The position numbers and the translations under genes are program-made. Shown one piece after another: positions 14,200 through 28,347 of a stretch of 64,000 bases of DNA (position 1 is the stretch's first letter; each line of letters opens with the position of its first letter). The stretch comes from Eledone cirrhosa (taxonomy: Eukaryota): positions 217,248,001 through 217,312,000 of the forward strand of contig OZ024741.1 of the NCBI GenBank assembly GCA_964016885.1, in the 5' to 3' direction. The notes under the pieces were generated by a model. That model was not told the DNA's origin, did not search any database, and saw only the letters and a list, made by a program, of their open reading frames with translations.

Positions 14200-15830
14200 A
14201 ATAATAATTATTTCTACTTTTGGCACAAGGCCAGCAATTACTCAGTGTATTACTGGTACTTTATTTTATCGATCCTGTAATAATAATAATGATTTCATTT
14301 AATAATAATGATTTCTAATATAGGCACAAGACCAGCAATTTGAGGAAAGGTGGGGATGGGGAAGTCGATTATATCGACCTCAGTACTGGGCTGGTGTTTT
14401 ATTTTATTGACCCTAGAACGGCGGCATTTGAACAATAGAAAATTGTAACTAGATACTTCAAAGCATTTTGTCCGACACTACCATTACTGCCAACACACCG
14501 CCCTTAAAAAATAAGTACAATTATAATAATGGTTTTTGATTTAGGCATAAGACCAGCAATTTTAGGGAGGGAAAAGTCGATTTAATCGACCACAGTGCGT
14601 TATTGGTAGTTTATTTTGTCGATCTCATAAGGATTGAAAGGCGAAGTTAACCCCAGCGGGAATTGAACTCATAAAGAAAATTGGTTTCTGATTTAGGCAC
14701 AAGATTAAACAATTTTTGGGGAGGGGAGAGTCGATTAAATCGACCCCTGTACGTTAATGGGTATTTATTTTATCGACCCCGTAATGATTTGAACTCAGAA
14801 CGTAAAGAGACGTAACTATATGCCCTCAAAGCATGTTGTCCGACGCTCTACCGATACTGCCAAAAAAATAATGATTTCTTTATTAACCACATCAAGAAAA
14901 CATTAAAGATGGTCCATGACGGTAGCACGTGGGGTTTTAAGTGTACAAAAATGTTTAATAAGGCCAACTAGGAGGGACTTTCAAGGGTCACTCATTTAGA
15001 AAACTTATAAAAAGTCACGCCCTAGCTCCAGTTGTTCTCCCACAATCTACAGATGTATACTCAGAGCAGGTCCATTGACTCGGACCATGTCTGCTACTTT
15101 TATCCACCATTCAATAAACTGGCTAGAAGGCTGCACTTCCTTCCCCACCCATATTTTCCTCTACAAGTGAAACCTGGATAAGTTAATCAGGGTCTTCACT
15201 AGAGAGGAAGATGCTTTTCTTCAACCCTTATTAATAATTTGTTCTACTTTTGGCACAAGACAAGCAATTTTGTAGATAGTAGTAGGGGCGGGGGTGAGAT
15301 CGATTAAATTGATCCCCAGTACTTGACTGGTACTTTATTTTATCAACCCCAGAAAGATGAGAGGCTAAGTTAACTTTGGTGGAAATTGAACTCAGAATGT
15401 AAACAGCTGTCAGAGCATTTTGTTCAATGTTCTATCGATTCTGCTAACCCACCACCCTTAAAAGGTTTCTTTATTGGTTTCGATTTAGACACAACAATCT
15501 TTGGGGGGAGGGGGAAAGTCAATGAAATCGACTCCAGTGCGTTACTGGTACTTTATTTTATCGACCCCGTAAAGATGAAAGGCAAAGTTAACCTGTAAAC
15601 TCTATGCCGCAAAGCATGTTGTCCGAAGCTCTACTGAAACTGCCAATCCACCGCCATAATAATAATAATTGTTTCTACTTTTGGCACAAGGCCAGCAATT
15701 ATCTCAGTGAATTACTGGTACTTTATTTTATTGACCCCGGAAGGATGAAAGATAAATTTAACCTCGGCGGGATTTGAACTTACACCGAAAAGGGCTGTAA
15801 CTCTATGTTGCAAAGCATGCCGTCTGACTC
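14200..15830 (-). mobile_element. Cluster of copies of a second SINE family (others at ~7485-7740, 23430-23575, 29870-30410, 43540-43720, 54020-54200, 55880-56100, 61275-61460, 63150-63370)
   Basis: Recurrent ctgagttcaaatcccgccgaggtt.actttgcctttcatcct..ggggtcgataaaataaagtaccag. Confidence 0.75.
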
Positions 15831-16156
15831 TGATGGTGATGTAGAAAATAAACGTTAAACGATGATGATGATGATGGCGATGACGATTCTTTTATTTGTC
15901 AAAAGAGAGCGGAATGAAAGAACCTTACAAAAACAAGTTACATAAAGTGGGTGCGGGTACATAAAACTCTGGTGGAAAAAACTTTTAAAAGAATGTCAGT
16001 AAGCTTTTTCTGAATTTGAAGGGGAAGGACGTTGTTCTACTTAAATTATAGATTCATGGCTGGAAGTGAAAGAAATCGTTATAATGTATCACATAGTTTT
16101 ATTTCTCTTTTCTCTTTTTCATTGATTTCCTTCCTAGGACATTTTGTAAACATATG

Positions 16157-16253
<97 letters not shown>

Positions 16254-16272
16254 CAGATTAAAGTATATACAT

Positions 16273-16322
<50 letters not shown>

Positions 16323-16667
16323 GCATTGGCCTTGCAATCGAAAGGTTGTGAGTTCAATTCTTGTTTCCTTGAGCAAGACACTTTATTTCACATTGCTCCA
16401 GTTTACTCTGCTGTAGAAATGAGATGATAGGGACGGGGGTCCTTATCATTCCATTGCAAAGTGGTCGTGTAGGTGCCACGGCAAAAAAGCACCCAGCACT
16501 CACTGTAAATGAGGTTGGTGTTAGGAAGGGCATCCAGCTGTAGAAATCAAGCCACTCTCTCTCTCTATCCCGTCCCATCCTTGCAAGTAGGGAAAAGGCG
16601 GATGTAAAATGAAATGATGAAATGATATATCATCATCATCATCGTTTAACGTCTATCTTCCACGTTA

Positions 16668-16668
16668 G

Positions 16669-16702
<34 letters not shown>

Positions 16703-17490
16703 CGTATATTAATGCATATACATATATGTATACATAGACACATAAACAAATATATAGGCACGGTTCACATATAAGTACATATAAACACATTGTATAAGTA
16801 TATATATAGTATATATACATGCACATATAAGTACATATTTATATACATACACAAATACATATACACATATACATACATATACACATATATATGAATACAT
16901 ATACATAAGTACATATAAATACATATATATATGTACATATACACACATGTAATTACATATACATACATATACACATATATGAATACATATATGTACATAC
17001 ATAAGTACACATACACATATATAAACTCATATACATATATATGTACATATACACACATATATAAGTACATATATATATACATATATAAGTACATATACAC
17101 AAAAACATATATGTAAGTACATATATATATAAGTACATATACACATATAAATACATATACATTCATAAATATATATACACATATAAATACATATACATAC
17201 ATAAGTACATATACACATATAAATACATATACATACATAAGTACATATACACGTATATAAATACATATACATACATAAATACATATACACACATAAATAC
17301 ATATACATACATAAGTACATATATACACATATAAATACATATACATACATAAGTACACACACATATAAGTACATATACATACACTAGTACATATATAACA
17401 CATATATAAATACATATATATACATTAGTACATATACACATACATATAGAAGTACATATACATACACTAGTACATATATACACACATACA
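16668..17490. repeat. Complex AT/AC-rich microsatellite
   Basis: Reiterated tacatatacacatataa-type motifs. Confidence 0.9.
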
Positions 17491-17939
17491 GTGTTGCTCA
17501 GTTCTTTGAGGTCATTTGCCTAAAAGAAGAACTTTATTTGAGAAAAATTGACATAAATAATCTTGAGGTTCCTCTTGACCTATCTACTCAATGAAGCTAC
17601 TGTTAGCATCAATGTCTGCCTTCTTAATACAGGTTTGAAACATTAACATGCCTGAATCAGATGATCTTTATCTATTTAGGATATTGTGCTAGTTATTGTG
17701 GACTTCAGAGACTTTACATTGTTAAGGAGGTGTTGACTGACTTCTGTAGTCCAATGAATTCAAGTCTGGAGAACTAGGAAGCCATATGTTTGGAGTGGAG
17801 ATTGTAACTCATCCATTTTTGGGTTGTCTTGGCCTTTTGAAATATGGTGCAGTCTTGTTGGTAGGTGTACAGTCTTACTTCGTTCCTGCTCACTTTCCAA
17901 ACTTATTTTGCAGCCATTTTCATGACTCATTGGAGATGT

Positions 17940-18250
17940 GAGTGCTTGCTTCATCTTGCTAGAACCAGAACTTATTCATTAGAGATGAGTACATGGTTTG
18001 TAGCTCTTTTGTGAAGTCCTCCAGGACCTCCACATAATGTTCTTTTGTGACTGTATCAGTGACACAATTTTCTTGGAAGAAGAATGGGCCAATCAACCCT
18101 CTTTCAGAAATGGTAGCCCAAACATTACATTTAACCGAGTGGAGAGGTTTCACAGCCACTTCAGAGGGTTTCTCTGATGCTCCAGAACACATTGATCTTA
18201 GAGTTGATCTTCCCCTCTAAGTGAAAGTGGGCTTCATCAGAGGTGCACAG
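17940..18250 (-). mobile_element. Tc1/mariner-superfamily transposase fragment
   Basis: SDEAHFHLEG..PLHSVKCNVWATIS..IGPFFF..YVEVL..WF.QD; frameshifted. Confidence 0.75.
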
Positions 18251-18257
18251 CATTTTC

Positions 18258-19160
18258 TTAGCCATGGGTGACAAAATCAGCAGTGGAGGAGGGTGCTCTG
18301 AAAGTGTAGTAGCCAGAGTTAGAATGGGATGGAAAAAGTTCAGAGAGCTATTACTGCTGTTGGCCACAAGGGGTTTCTCTCTAAAACTGAAAGGTAGATT
18401 GTATGATGCATGTATACGAATGGCGATATTACATGGTAGTGAGACTTGGGCATTGTGTACTGAAGACCTGCATAGATTAGAAAGAAATGAAGCTTGCATG
18501 CTCCGATGGATGTGTTATAGTAACGTCCGCGAAAGATAAAGCATAAACGAACTAGGAGGGAGACTAAGCATAAGAGGTATCAAATGTTGTGTTCTGGAGA
18601 GGAGATTGCGTTGGTATGGACATGTGATGCGTTTGAAGGATGACAGCTATATAAAAAAGTGCAGGGCAATGAAAATTGATGGAAACTGCGGAGTGGGTAG
18701 ACCAAGAAAAACCTAGGACGAGGTGATAAAAACTGACCTTGCCAACCTACACCTCTCTAAGACAATGACACTGGATCGAGACCTTTGGTGCCATGCAGTT
18801 GTACAGAAGACCCGACTACCATGGCATACAAACCTACAGTTAGTACGCACCTCTTAACTCAATGTACACCTCACTGCCACACCCTATCCCACCCTCCCTC
18901 TCCCGTTCCGTCCACTGTGTCGATGACACAACAGTCCACACTGTAAGGTGGCCCTGTAGGAGACACAGTAAAAAGGCTCCCAGTCCACACTGTAAATGTG
19001 GTTGGTGTTAGGAAGGGCATCCAACTGTAGAAAACCTGCCAGAGATGCTTCCGTGCGAGCGAGACATGGTCTCCTGACTATTCCCGCATCAAATGGAACA
19101 AAACCGTCTAACTCATGCTAGCGTGGAAGATGGACGTTAAACGATGATGATGATGATAGC
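18258..19160 (+). mobile_element. RTE 3' fragment with UTR and (GAT)n tail
   Basis: GDKISSGGGCSES..WKKFREL..HGSETW..RLRWYGHV. Confidence 0.85.
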
Positions 19161-20204
19161 CTTTCTCTTGGTTTTTATCAGTTATAGTAAGTTTTTGTTT
19201 AGTCTGTATTCTGTAGGGCGTCCTTCTTAAGATCCTCTTTGACTACCTTTTTGCAAGGTTTCATAGAGAGACTCAAGGAATAACTTCTGCGCGGCGATCA
19301 TTTTGGGCTCTGTTCAACAGACTCTTGAACTATGTCGACAAATTTCTGTATATGCTTCTAAGGTCATCCAGAGTGGGTAGGATGGTCCTCAGACATTTTA
19401 TTAAGGTTTTCTACTGTCACCATAGGTCTCAAATATCTTCACCCAGTTTCATATATTGATTTTGAAGGGAGATTTGTCCATTCCAAAAAATGCATGAAAT
19501 TGCTCCTGGACCTGCTATCTAAACTATAATAAAGTATTTATAATAGTGTTTCACATAGAAAATCTGGCACTGAAGCTCCCATTTGGGTCTTGTTGTGTTC
19601 TCATATGTTGTATCTGCCATGTCCTGAAATTTAAGGTTGATTGGTTAGAAAATGAATATACAGTGACACAAAATGTGCATGACTTCATATTAAGTAATAG
19701 GGTTATGTAAGATTTCTAATGCAATACAGGATTTCTAATGCAAACATCAAATTCGTCTGTCCCCTTGTCATTGACAAGAGGACAGACGAATTTGATGTTG
19801 CTTGTAAGAGAGTCTGTTACTGTCATCATCATCAACACCATTTAATATCCATGTTTCCATGTTTGCATGGGTTAGATGGGTTGTCATATTATGAGACAAG
19901 TTGGTCGAGAAGACTAACATGCTCATATAGATCTGTATTTTAACTTGGTTTCTACAGTTGGATGTAATTCCTGACACCAACCACATTTCAGTGTGGGCTG
20001 GGTGCTTTTTCTTGTATCACCAGTTGTATCCAGTCGGCTGACTTTGTCTTACTCATACGGGAACTGATACTGGTTTGATTTCTACAGCTGGATGCCCTTC
20101 CTAACACCAACCTCATTTACAGTGAGTGCTGGGGGCTTTTTTTCCATGGCGCCTACACGTCCAGTTTACAGTGTGGGCTGGGTGCTTTTTTGCCGTGGCA
20201 CCTC

Positions 20205-20394
20205 CATGACCACTTTGCAGTGGAATGATAGGGATCCCGGTCCTATCATCTCATTTCTACAGCTGAGTAAACTGGAGCAATGTGAAATAAAGTGTCTTGC
20301 TCAAGGAAACAACACATCACCTGGTCTGAGAATTGAACTCACAACCTTTCGATTGCAAGCCCAATGCTCTAACCACTAAGCCATGCGCCTTCAC
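20205..20394 (-). mobile_element. tRNA-derived SINE (related copies at ~255-470, 11650-11775, 16318-16450, 27800-27950)
   Basis: Head ggcgcatggcttagtggttagagca..gagttcaattc (A/B-box-like), followed by ccttgagcaagacactttatttcac. Confidence 0.75.
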
Positions 20395-22077
20395 TGGTAA
20401 TGAAAGGGTTAAACAACATAGACAGTGTCTTTCATTAGAAATATGGTAATGAAAGGGTTAAACAACATAGACAGTGTCTTTTATTAGAAATATAGTAATG
20501 AAAGGGTTAAACAACATAGACAGTGTCTTTTATTAGAAATATGGTAATGAAAGGGTTAAACAACATAGACAGTGTCTTTCATTAGAAATATGGTAATGAA
20601 AGGGTTAAACAACATAGACAGTGTCTTTCATTAGAAATATGGTAATGAAAGGGTTAAACAACATAGACAGTGTCTTTCATTAGAAATATGGTAATGAAAG
20701 GGTTAAACAACATAGACAGTGTCTTTTATTAGAAATATGGTAATGAAAGGGTTAAACAACATAGACAGTGTCTTTTATTAGAAATATGGTAATGAAAGGG
20801 TTAAACAACACAGACAGTGTCTTTTATTAGAAATATGGTAATGAAAGGGTTAAACAACATAGACAGTGTCTTTTATTAGAAATATGGTAATGAAAGGGGT
20901 AAACAACATAGACAGTGTCTTTTATTAGAAATATGATAATGAAAGGGTTAAACAACATAGACAGTGTCTTTCATTAGAAATATGGTAATGAAAGGGTTAA
21001 ACAACATAGACAGTGTCTTTTATTAGAAATATGGTAATGAAAGGGTTAAACAACATAGGCAGTGTTTTTTATTAGAAATATGGTAATGAAAGGGTTAAAC
21101 AACATAGACAGTGTCTTTCATTAGAAATATGGTAATGAAAGGGTTAAACAACATAGGCAGTGTCTTTCATTAGAAATATGGTAATGAAAGGGTTAAACAA
21201 CATAGGCAGTGTTTTTTATTAGAAATATGGTAATGAAAGGGTTAAACAACATAGACAGTGTCTTTCATTAGAAATATGGTAATGAAAGGGTTAAACAACA
21301 TAGGCAGTGTCTTTCATTAGAAATATGGTAATGAAAGGGTTAAACAACATAGGCAGTGTTTTTTATTAGAAATATGGTAATGAAAGGGTTAAACAACATA
21401 GACAGTGTCTTTCATTAGAAATATGGTAATGAAAGGGTTAAACAACATAGGCAGTGTCTTTCATTACAAATATGATAATGAAAGGGTTAAACAACACAGA
21501 CAGTGTTTTTTATTAGAAATATGGTAATGAAAGGGTTAAACAACATAGACAGTGTCTTTTATTAGAAATATGGTAATGAAAGGGGTAAACAACATAGACA
21601 GTGTCTTTTATTAGAAATATGGTAATGAAAGGGTTAAACAACATAGACAGTGTCTTTTATTAGAAATATGGTAATGAAAGGGTTAATGACATAGACAGTG
21701 TCTTTCATTAGAAATATGGTAATGAAAGGGTTAAACAACATAGACAGTGTCTTTCATTAGAAATATGGTAATGAAAGGGTTAAACAACATAGACAGTGTC
21801 TTTTATTAGAAATATGGTAATGAAAGGGTTAAACAACATAGACAGTGTCTTTTATTAGAAATATGGTAATGAAAGGGTTAACCAACATAGACAGTGTCTT
21901 TTATTAGAAATATGGTAATGAAAGGGTTAAACAACATAGACAGTGTCTTTCATTAGAAATATGGTAATGAAAGGGTTAAACAACATAGGCAGTGTTTTTT
22001 ATTAGAAATATGGTAATGAAAGGGTTAAACAACATAGGCAGTGTCTTTCATTAGAAATATGGTAATGAAAGAGTTAA
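20395..22077. repeat. 49-bp minisatellite, ~34 copies
   Basis: Head-to-tail unit tggtaatgaaagggttaaacaacatagacagtgtctttyattagaaata. Confidence 0.95.
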
Positions 22078-22427
22078 GTAGCAAATTGTTCAAGGATCAT
22101 TATTATTAATCTAAAATAACCTTTGGCACTCAACACAAATTTAGCTGAAATTTCAAAATAAAACTCAACCTAAACAGTATACAATTTCTGGACTCTCACT
22201 ACAGATTCTATTTGGTGCCAAAGTTGAAATTGGTGGAAATAAATTGCAATTGTTTCTCTATTAATTCTGTTTGAATTGTTCAATAAAATAGTATTTTATC
22301 AATTTAAAACTTTGTTAATTGAACCTTGGTTTGTACGACTAACACATATTCTTACTTTTTGGGGTGGGGGACTCTTGTAATAAAATTAAGAAATAGTTAC
22401 ATATGGAATTATATATCACCATTCTCT

Positions 22428-22557
22428 TCATCATCATCACCACCATTATCATTATCACTGTCATCATCATCAATATCACCATCATCGTTATCATTATGAT
22501 GATGATCATCACCATCATCATCACCATTATCACCACCACCACCACCATCATCACCAC

Positions 22558-22628
<71 letters not shown>

Positions 22629-22630
22629 CC
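22428..22630. repeat. (CAT)n microsatellite
   Basis: Long CAT/CAC run. Confidence 0.95.
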
Positions 22631-22923
22631 TCAGTACATAATTATTCAAGTCTGTTATATATTTTATGAAACTGTGTTTGTCTAACTTCTAAGTTCCACC
22701 ATAATTTCATGTGAGAAACTTTGTTAAGTTATGTTCCAAACACCAGCATAATAATGAGAATGTTTGATGCATTATTAAATCCCAACAAATTCTTGATTAT
22801 TTTCAAAATTATTTGAAAGTGTCTTTTCTTAGAAATATAGTAAAGTGTTTATATTTATCTAAAAACCTTCCACCATAATATCATGTAAGAACCTGTTAAG
22901 TTATGTTCCAAACACCAGCTTAA

Positions 22924-23227
22924 CCCTTTAGCATTTAAATCGGCCATATCCGGCCAGGATTATCTCACCTCTTTCTGTTCAAACCGGCCGTAAGTGGCCA
23001 CTCATACTGATGTTAAGGTATTGTTCTCAAAATAAATAATATCAAAATCTTATAGCTTTGATATTATGTGAGATAATTATGTGAGGTAAAGTCTTTACCG
23101 TGAAAATACAATAGTATATATAGAGTAATGTAAATGCTATGGGAGATATTATATGAGATAATTATGAGGTAAAGCCTTTACCGTGAAAATACAATAGTAA
23201 ATATAGATTAATCTAAATGCTAAAGGG
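22924..23227. mobile_element. piggyBac-type MITE (related pieces at ~545-660 and ~45390-46220)
   Basis: TIR ccctttagcattta / taaatgctaaaggg with TTAA on both sides (22920-22923, 23228-23231). Confidence 0.8.
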
Positions 23228-24107
23228 TTAATAATGAGAACGTTAGCTACATTACTAAATCCTAACAAATTCTTGATTAATTTCAAAATTATTTGAAAGT
23301 GTCTTTTATTAGAAATATCGTAAAGAAAGGATTAAAGTGTTTATATTTATCTAATTTTTGTGTAAGAACCTTTGTTAAGTTATATTCCAAAGCCCAGGTT
23401 TTGAAAATAATTTTTTATTGTTTTGAAAACGGTGGATTGGCAGTATCGGTAGAAGGTCGGACGCCATGCTTTGCAACATAGAGTTACGCCCTTTATAGTC
23501 TGAGTTCAAATCCTGCCAAGGTGCACTTTGCCTTTCATCCTTATGGGGTCGATAAAATAAAGTACCAGTAAACAACAAGATCAATTGCGTAGCCGGTATT
23601 CATTATGTAGCCGGTAAAGCTATGTAGCAGGTAAAAGGCTATGTAGTCAGTACGATGTTATATAGCATGAAAAGTTTATATAACCGGTAAATGTTATGTC
23701 GCCGTTAGCATGTGTGTGTGTGTGTGTATTACCGTCAATACACACGTGTGTGCGTATTTCAATGTAGTTTTCGTTAACAATGACGAGAGTACAATCGCGC
23801 CAGAAGCAATTCAATTTCTCATTCTTAACTGCTAGGGACGTTCGCGGGTTCATTAAGTACTTTCAGTAAGGAATAAAAAAAATTAGGGATTGAACCCAAA
23901 ACCACGACATAAACAGGCACCAACAAACGTTTTCTTTGTCCTGTCAAAAAGTGATTGATCCTATCCCTTTCACCTACGACCTCAGTTAGGTCAGGCGAAA
24001 GTCAAATAGACAGGGGATCACCTATGTAGGTACAAACCCTGCTGCGGTATGTCTATTTTTCTATAACACAACTGAAACTGGATTTTAGTCTTCAAATTTA
24101 TTATTAT

Positions 24108-24149
<42 letters not shown>

Positions 24150-24260
24150 GTATACAGATATTTTTGCATACACAGTAACAAGATATAAACAAACGCATTT
24201 ATTTGACGAGGCTCGATAAGGATAAATATATATCAAATATATAAGAACCCTAGAGCAAAT

Positions 24261-24289
24261 CCCGAGCAACACCGGGCCATTCTGCTAGT
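24261..24289 (+). mobile_element. Helitron-like 3' terminus (second copy at 46938-46966)
   Basis: Hairpin cccg-agcaac(a/g)c-cggg followed ~8 nt later by CTAG|T. Confidence 0.5.
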
Positions 24290-24729
24290 TATTATATAAA
24301 AACTGAACTGGACTGGGAAAAGTCAACAGTTGACATGATTTTGATTTTGTATCAGTACTGCCGGTAATATATAATATATATATATGTGTGTATGTGAGTG
24401 GTGTGTGTGTTTGTATGCATGAATGAGTGTTGGTGTGTGAGTGGCGTGTGTGTTTGTAGTTTGTATGCATGAGTGTTGGTGTGTGAGTGTGTGTGCGTGT
24501 CGTGTCAATAAGTGTTTTTTTTTGTTTTTTTATGACCATGCTGTAAAATGGAGGGGTAGAGAGGGCCCTTGAGTCTAATAAGAAATCCTCTCTAGTGCTG
24601 GTGGCACAAATAAAAGTACCCAGTCCATGCTGTAAAGTATCGCTGGTGTTAGGAAGGGCATCCAACCAGTTTATCAATGCCAAAACGCTTATCAGCACAG
24701 CAACAAATAGATAGGAACAACAACAAAAT

Positions 24730-27680
24730 ATGAAGACGTCGCATCTCAGAGTTGCAACACTTAATGTTGGCACTCTCAGAGGTGGATCTGCTGAAATAGC
24801 GGAGATACTGGAGAGAAGGCATGTGGATGTGTGCTGCGTGAAAGAGGTGAGATGGAGAGGTGCCTCTGCGAGACTAGTCGTAGGCAAACATCTTAGCTAT
24901 AAGCTTTTCTGGGCAGGTAAGGATGATGGGTTAGGGGGAGTAGGCATTTTCCTGGCTGAGAGATGGATCAATAAGACAATAGAGGTAGTTCGAGTTAATA
25001 ATCGAATAATTAAGCTTAGATTAGTTGTAGGCAGGAGACTACTGACAATCATCTCTGCCTATGCTCCCCAAGCAGGCCTAGGCAAAGATGAGAAAGACTG
25101 CTTTTACGAGCAACTTTTACAAGCAACCGCAATGACAGAGGACGGAAACATCGTCATGCTAGCAGGGGACTTCAATGGTCATGTTGGACAGCTCCAGGAT
25201 GGTTACACTGGGGTACATGGTGGGCACGGTTACGGCTCAAGAAATGAAGAAGGAGTGAGACTTCTTGAATTTTGTGATGCAAGTACACTGACTATTTGCA
25301 ACACAAACTTCCAGAAACCAGCCAATCACCTAATAACCTACAAATCTGGCGAGCACATAAGCCAGATTGACTTCTTACTAGTTAGGCAGCGGGACAAGCA
25401 GATAGTGTCTAATACCAAGGCATACCCTGGGGAAGAATGTACCCCACAGCATAGGTTAGTCGTTAGTGATATCTCAGTAAGCAAGAGATGGAATGAGACA
25501 TACAGGAAGGTGTAGAGAAGAAAGGTCTGGAAGCTAAAAGACCTTTCACTAAAATACAAATTTAGGAAAGCCCTTCAAGATGTATATGACGAAAAAGAAG
25601 ACGATTTAGAGACGTATGACATAGATAATAACTGGAATTTCTTATGTGACAACTTGCTGCAGGCTACTGATGAAACTTGTGGCTGGAGCAGCGCTCCAAC
25701 CAGACAGAGTGACCTGGTGGTGGAACAGCAAAGTAGATAAGGCCATTAGAGACAAAAGACTAGCATGGAAGGCTTGGAAAAAGGGTGGGAGTAGGGAAGA
25801 ATATACAGCCGCTAAGAGAGAAGCTAGACGTCAGGTGTACTTAGCACACAGGGAGGCTAAGAGTAGGAGGTTCGCCAATGTTCTGCAATGTTTGCCAATG
25901 ATCAGAGGCATGCGGTGTTCCACATTGCAAGGCAGTGTGTCAATGCAAATTAGGATGTTGTTGGAGATAAATGTGTCTGGAATGATGCCGGTGTCACGAA
26001 TGACCAGAATAAGGAAGCCTGGAAATGTCATTATGAGAGACTGATGAATGTGGAGAACAAATGGGAGAGAGAGAAATTACCCTTGGTAGATCCGACAGAG
26101 GAACCAGCTATTGAGATTGACGAATATAGGGTCCAAGATGGGATTAAGGAAATGAAAAATGGTAAGGCTGCTGGACAATCGGGAATAGTTGCTGAGATGC
26201 TGAAGGCATCAGGGGACGTAGGCACTAAACTGGTTGCACGCATCATCAATCAGGCTATATATGGTGATGTCATACCCAAAGACTGGTGCAGCAGTATTCT
26301 CATAAATTGCTACAAAGGTAAAGGGGATGCTTTGGAGAGGAGCAATTATAGGGGTATAAAACTGATAGATCAGGTTATGAAAGTGGCAGAAAGGATATTA
26401 GCACAACTAATTAGAGAAAGGGTCAAACTAGATGAGATGCAGTTTGGTTTTGTGCCTCGGAAAAGTACAACAGATGCCATCTTCTTGGTGAGACAATTGC
26501 AAGAGAGGTTCTTAGAGAAAAATAAGCCACTATACTTGTTGACCTAGAGAAGGCCTTTGATAGGGTACCCCGATCTGTCATCTGGTGGTCCCTAAGGAAA
26601 CTAGGTGTTGAGGAATGGCTTGTGAGGACAGTGCAAACTTTGTACGGAGGTACTCTCAGTAAAGTCAGAGTAGGAATGGAGTTTAGTGAGGAATTCCAGT
26701 TACAAGTAGGAGTACATCAGGGTTCGGTCCTCAGCCTGCTCTTGTTCATTATAGTCCTCCAAGCCATAACAGAGGAGTTTAAGACTGGCTGACCATGGGA
26801 ACTGGCTGTCCAGTTGGAAGCAAGAGGACTGAGAGTGAACCTAGCTAATACAAAAGTGTTGATGAGTAGAAAAGAGGACAACACTCTGATTCCGTCAGGG
26901 AAATGGCCATGTTCGATATGCAGAAAAGGAACTGGCATAAATTCTATAAAATGCACACAATGCAGATCCTGGGTACACAAGAGATGTAGCGGGATAGCAG
27001 GCAAACTAACAGGTAGGGAGAAATATGTATGCAGTAAATGTACAGGGAAATTAGAGAGTAGAAGTCGCAGTGATAGACACATTTTTCAAATGTAGGAGAG
27101 TGCTATAGAAGTGGTGGATAGCTTCCGGTACCTAGGAGATCAGATTAGCATGGGAGGAGGGTGTTCCGAATAGTATCTAGAATAAGGATGGGTTGGAAGA
27201 AGTTTAGGGAGCTGCTTCCTCTGCTGACGAAGAAGGGTTTCTCCCTGTGTACGAAAGACCGCTTGTATGATGCCTGTGTGAGGAGCGTGAAACATGGGCA
27301 GCAACTGCAGAGGATATACGATGCCTGGAGAGAAATGAGGCAAGCATGCTCCATTGGATGTGTAGTGTAAATGTGCGTGAACGACCCAGCATGGATGTGT
27401 TGAGAGAGAAACTGTGTCTGAGAGGGATAGAATGTAGTGTACGGGAGAGGAGACTGAGGTGGTATGGACATGTGATGCGCATGGAGGATGACTGATGGAT
27501 GAAGAAGTGCCAGGAAATGCCAGTTGAAAGAAGACGTGGTAGAGGTAGACCACGAAAAACATGGGCGGAGGTGGTGAGAACAAACCTCAGATCGTTGAAG
27601 CTCACGGAGGAGATGACGAAGGACCGTGACGAATGGAGAGATGCTGTGCTGAATAAGACCCACCCTTTCTCTGCTTGCAA
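24730..27680 (+). mobile_element. Near full-length decayed RTE-clade LINE (AP endonuclease + RT + PHD-like finger)
   Basis: APE motifs (TLNVGTL, AYAPQ, GDFNGHVG, QIDF, QHRLV) and RT motifs (KGKGDALERSNYRGI, QFGF, DLEKAFD, HQGS). Contains stops and frameshifts, and the YADD segment is deleted near 26800. Confidence 0.9.
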
Positions 27681-27969
27681 GGGTGGGACGGGAACTGATT
27701 CTGGCTTGATTTCTACAACTGGATGCCCTTCCTAACACCAACCTCATTTACAGTGAGTGGTGGGTGCTTTTTTGCCGTGGCACCTCCACGTCCACTGTAC
27801 AGTGGAATGATATGGACCCCAGTCCCTATCATCTCATTTCTACAGCTGAGTAAACTGGAGCAACGTGAAATAAAGTGTCTTGCTCAAGGAAACAACACAT
27901 CACCCGGTCTGAGAATTGAACTCACAACCTTTCGATTGCAAGGCCAATGTATATATATATGTATGTATG

Positions 27970-28043
<74 letters not shown>

Positions 28044-28135
28044 TAAACGGAATAGAAAATGCTGACAAATTGTTCACAGACTTCACAAGCAAATCCAGCC
28101 TCCCCTACGGTATCCCAAACACACATATATGCCGT

Positions 28136-28199
<64 letters not shown>

Positions 28200-28347
28200 A
28201 GTGGGTGTAACTAGGGATATATATATATATATATATATGATAGGATATACGTTCCTTCACGCACAAGGCGCCAAGGTACGCATGTATTGTCCAACCAAAT
28301 GCCAGTGTGGTTCAATGGCGGGTTAATAAATTAACGGGCCAGAACAA

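Noticed and set aside
16709-17483. Long ORFs rich in Y/I/C/V/M (also at 8614, 11688, 22339, 44089 and elsewhere)
   Set aside because: These are translations of AT/AC/CAT microsatellites that lack stop codons.
20310-20394. tRNA-like sequence
   Set aside because: It is the head of a multi-copy SINE with no proper acceptor stem.
20395-22077. Regular repeat array resembling CRISPR
   Set aside because: Head-to-tail 49-bp units with no unique spacers, no cas genes and a eukaryotic context: it is a minisatellite.
23950-24022. Hairpin containing GAAA
   Set aside because: No CUGANGA core on either strand; a simple stem-loop, probably inside a transposon.
24730-25515. 261-aa ORF that might be annotated as a host gene
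   Set aside because: It is the AP-endonuclease domain of the decayed RTE LINE.
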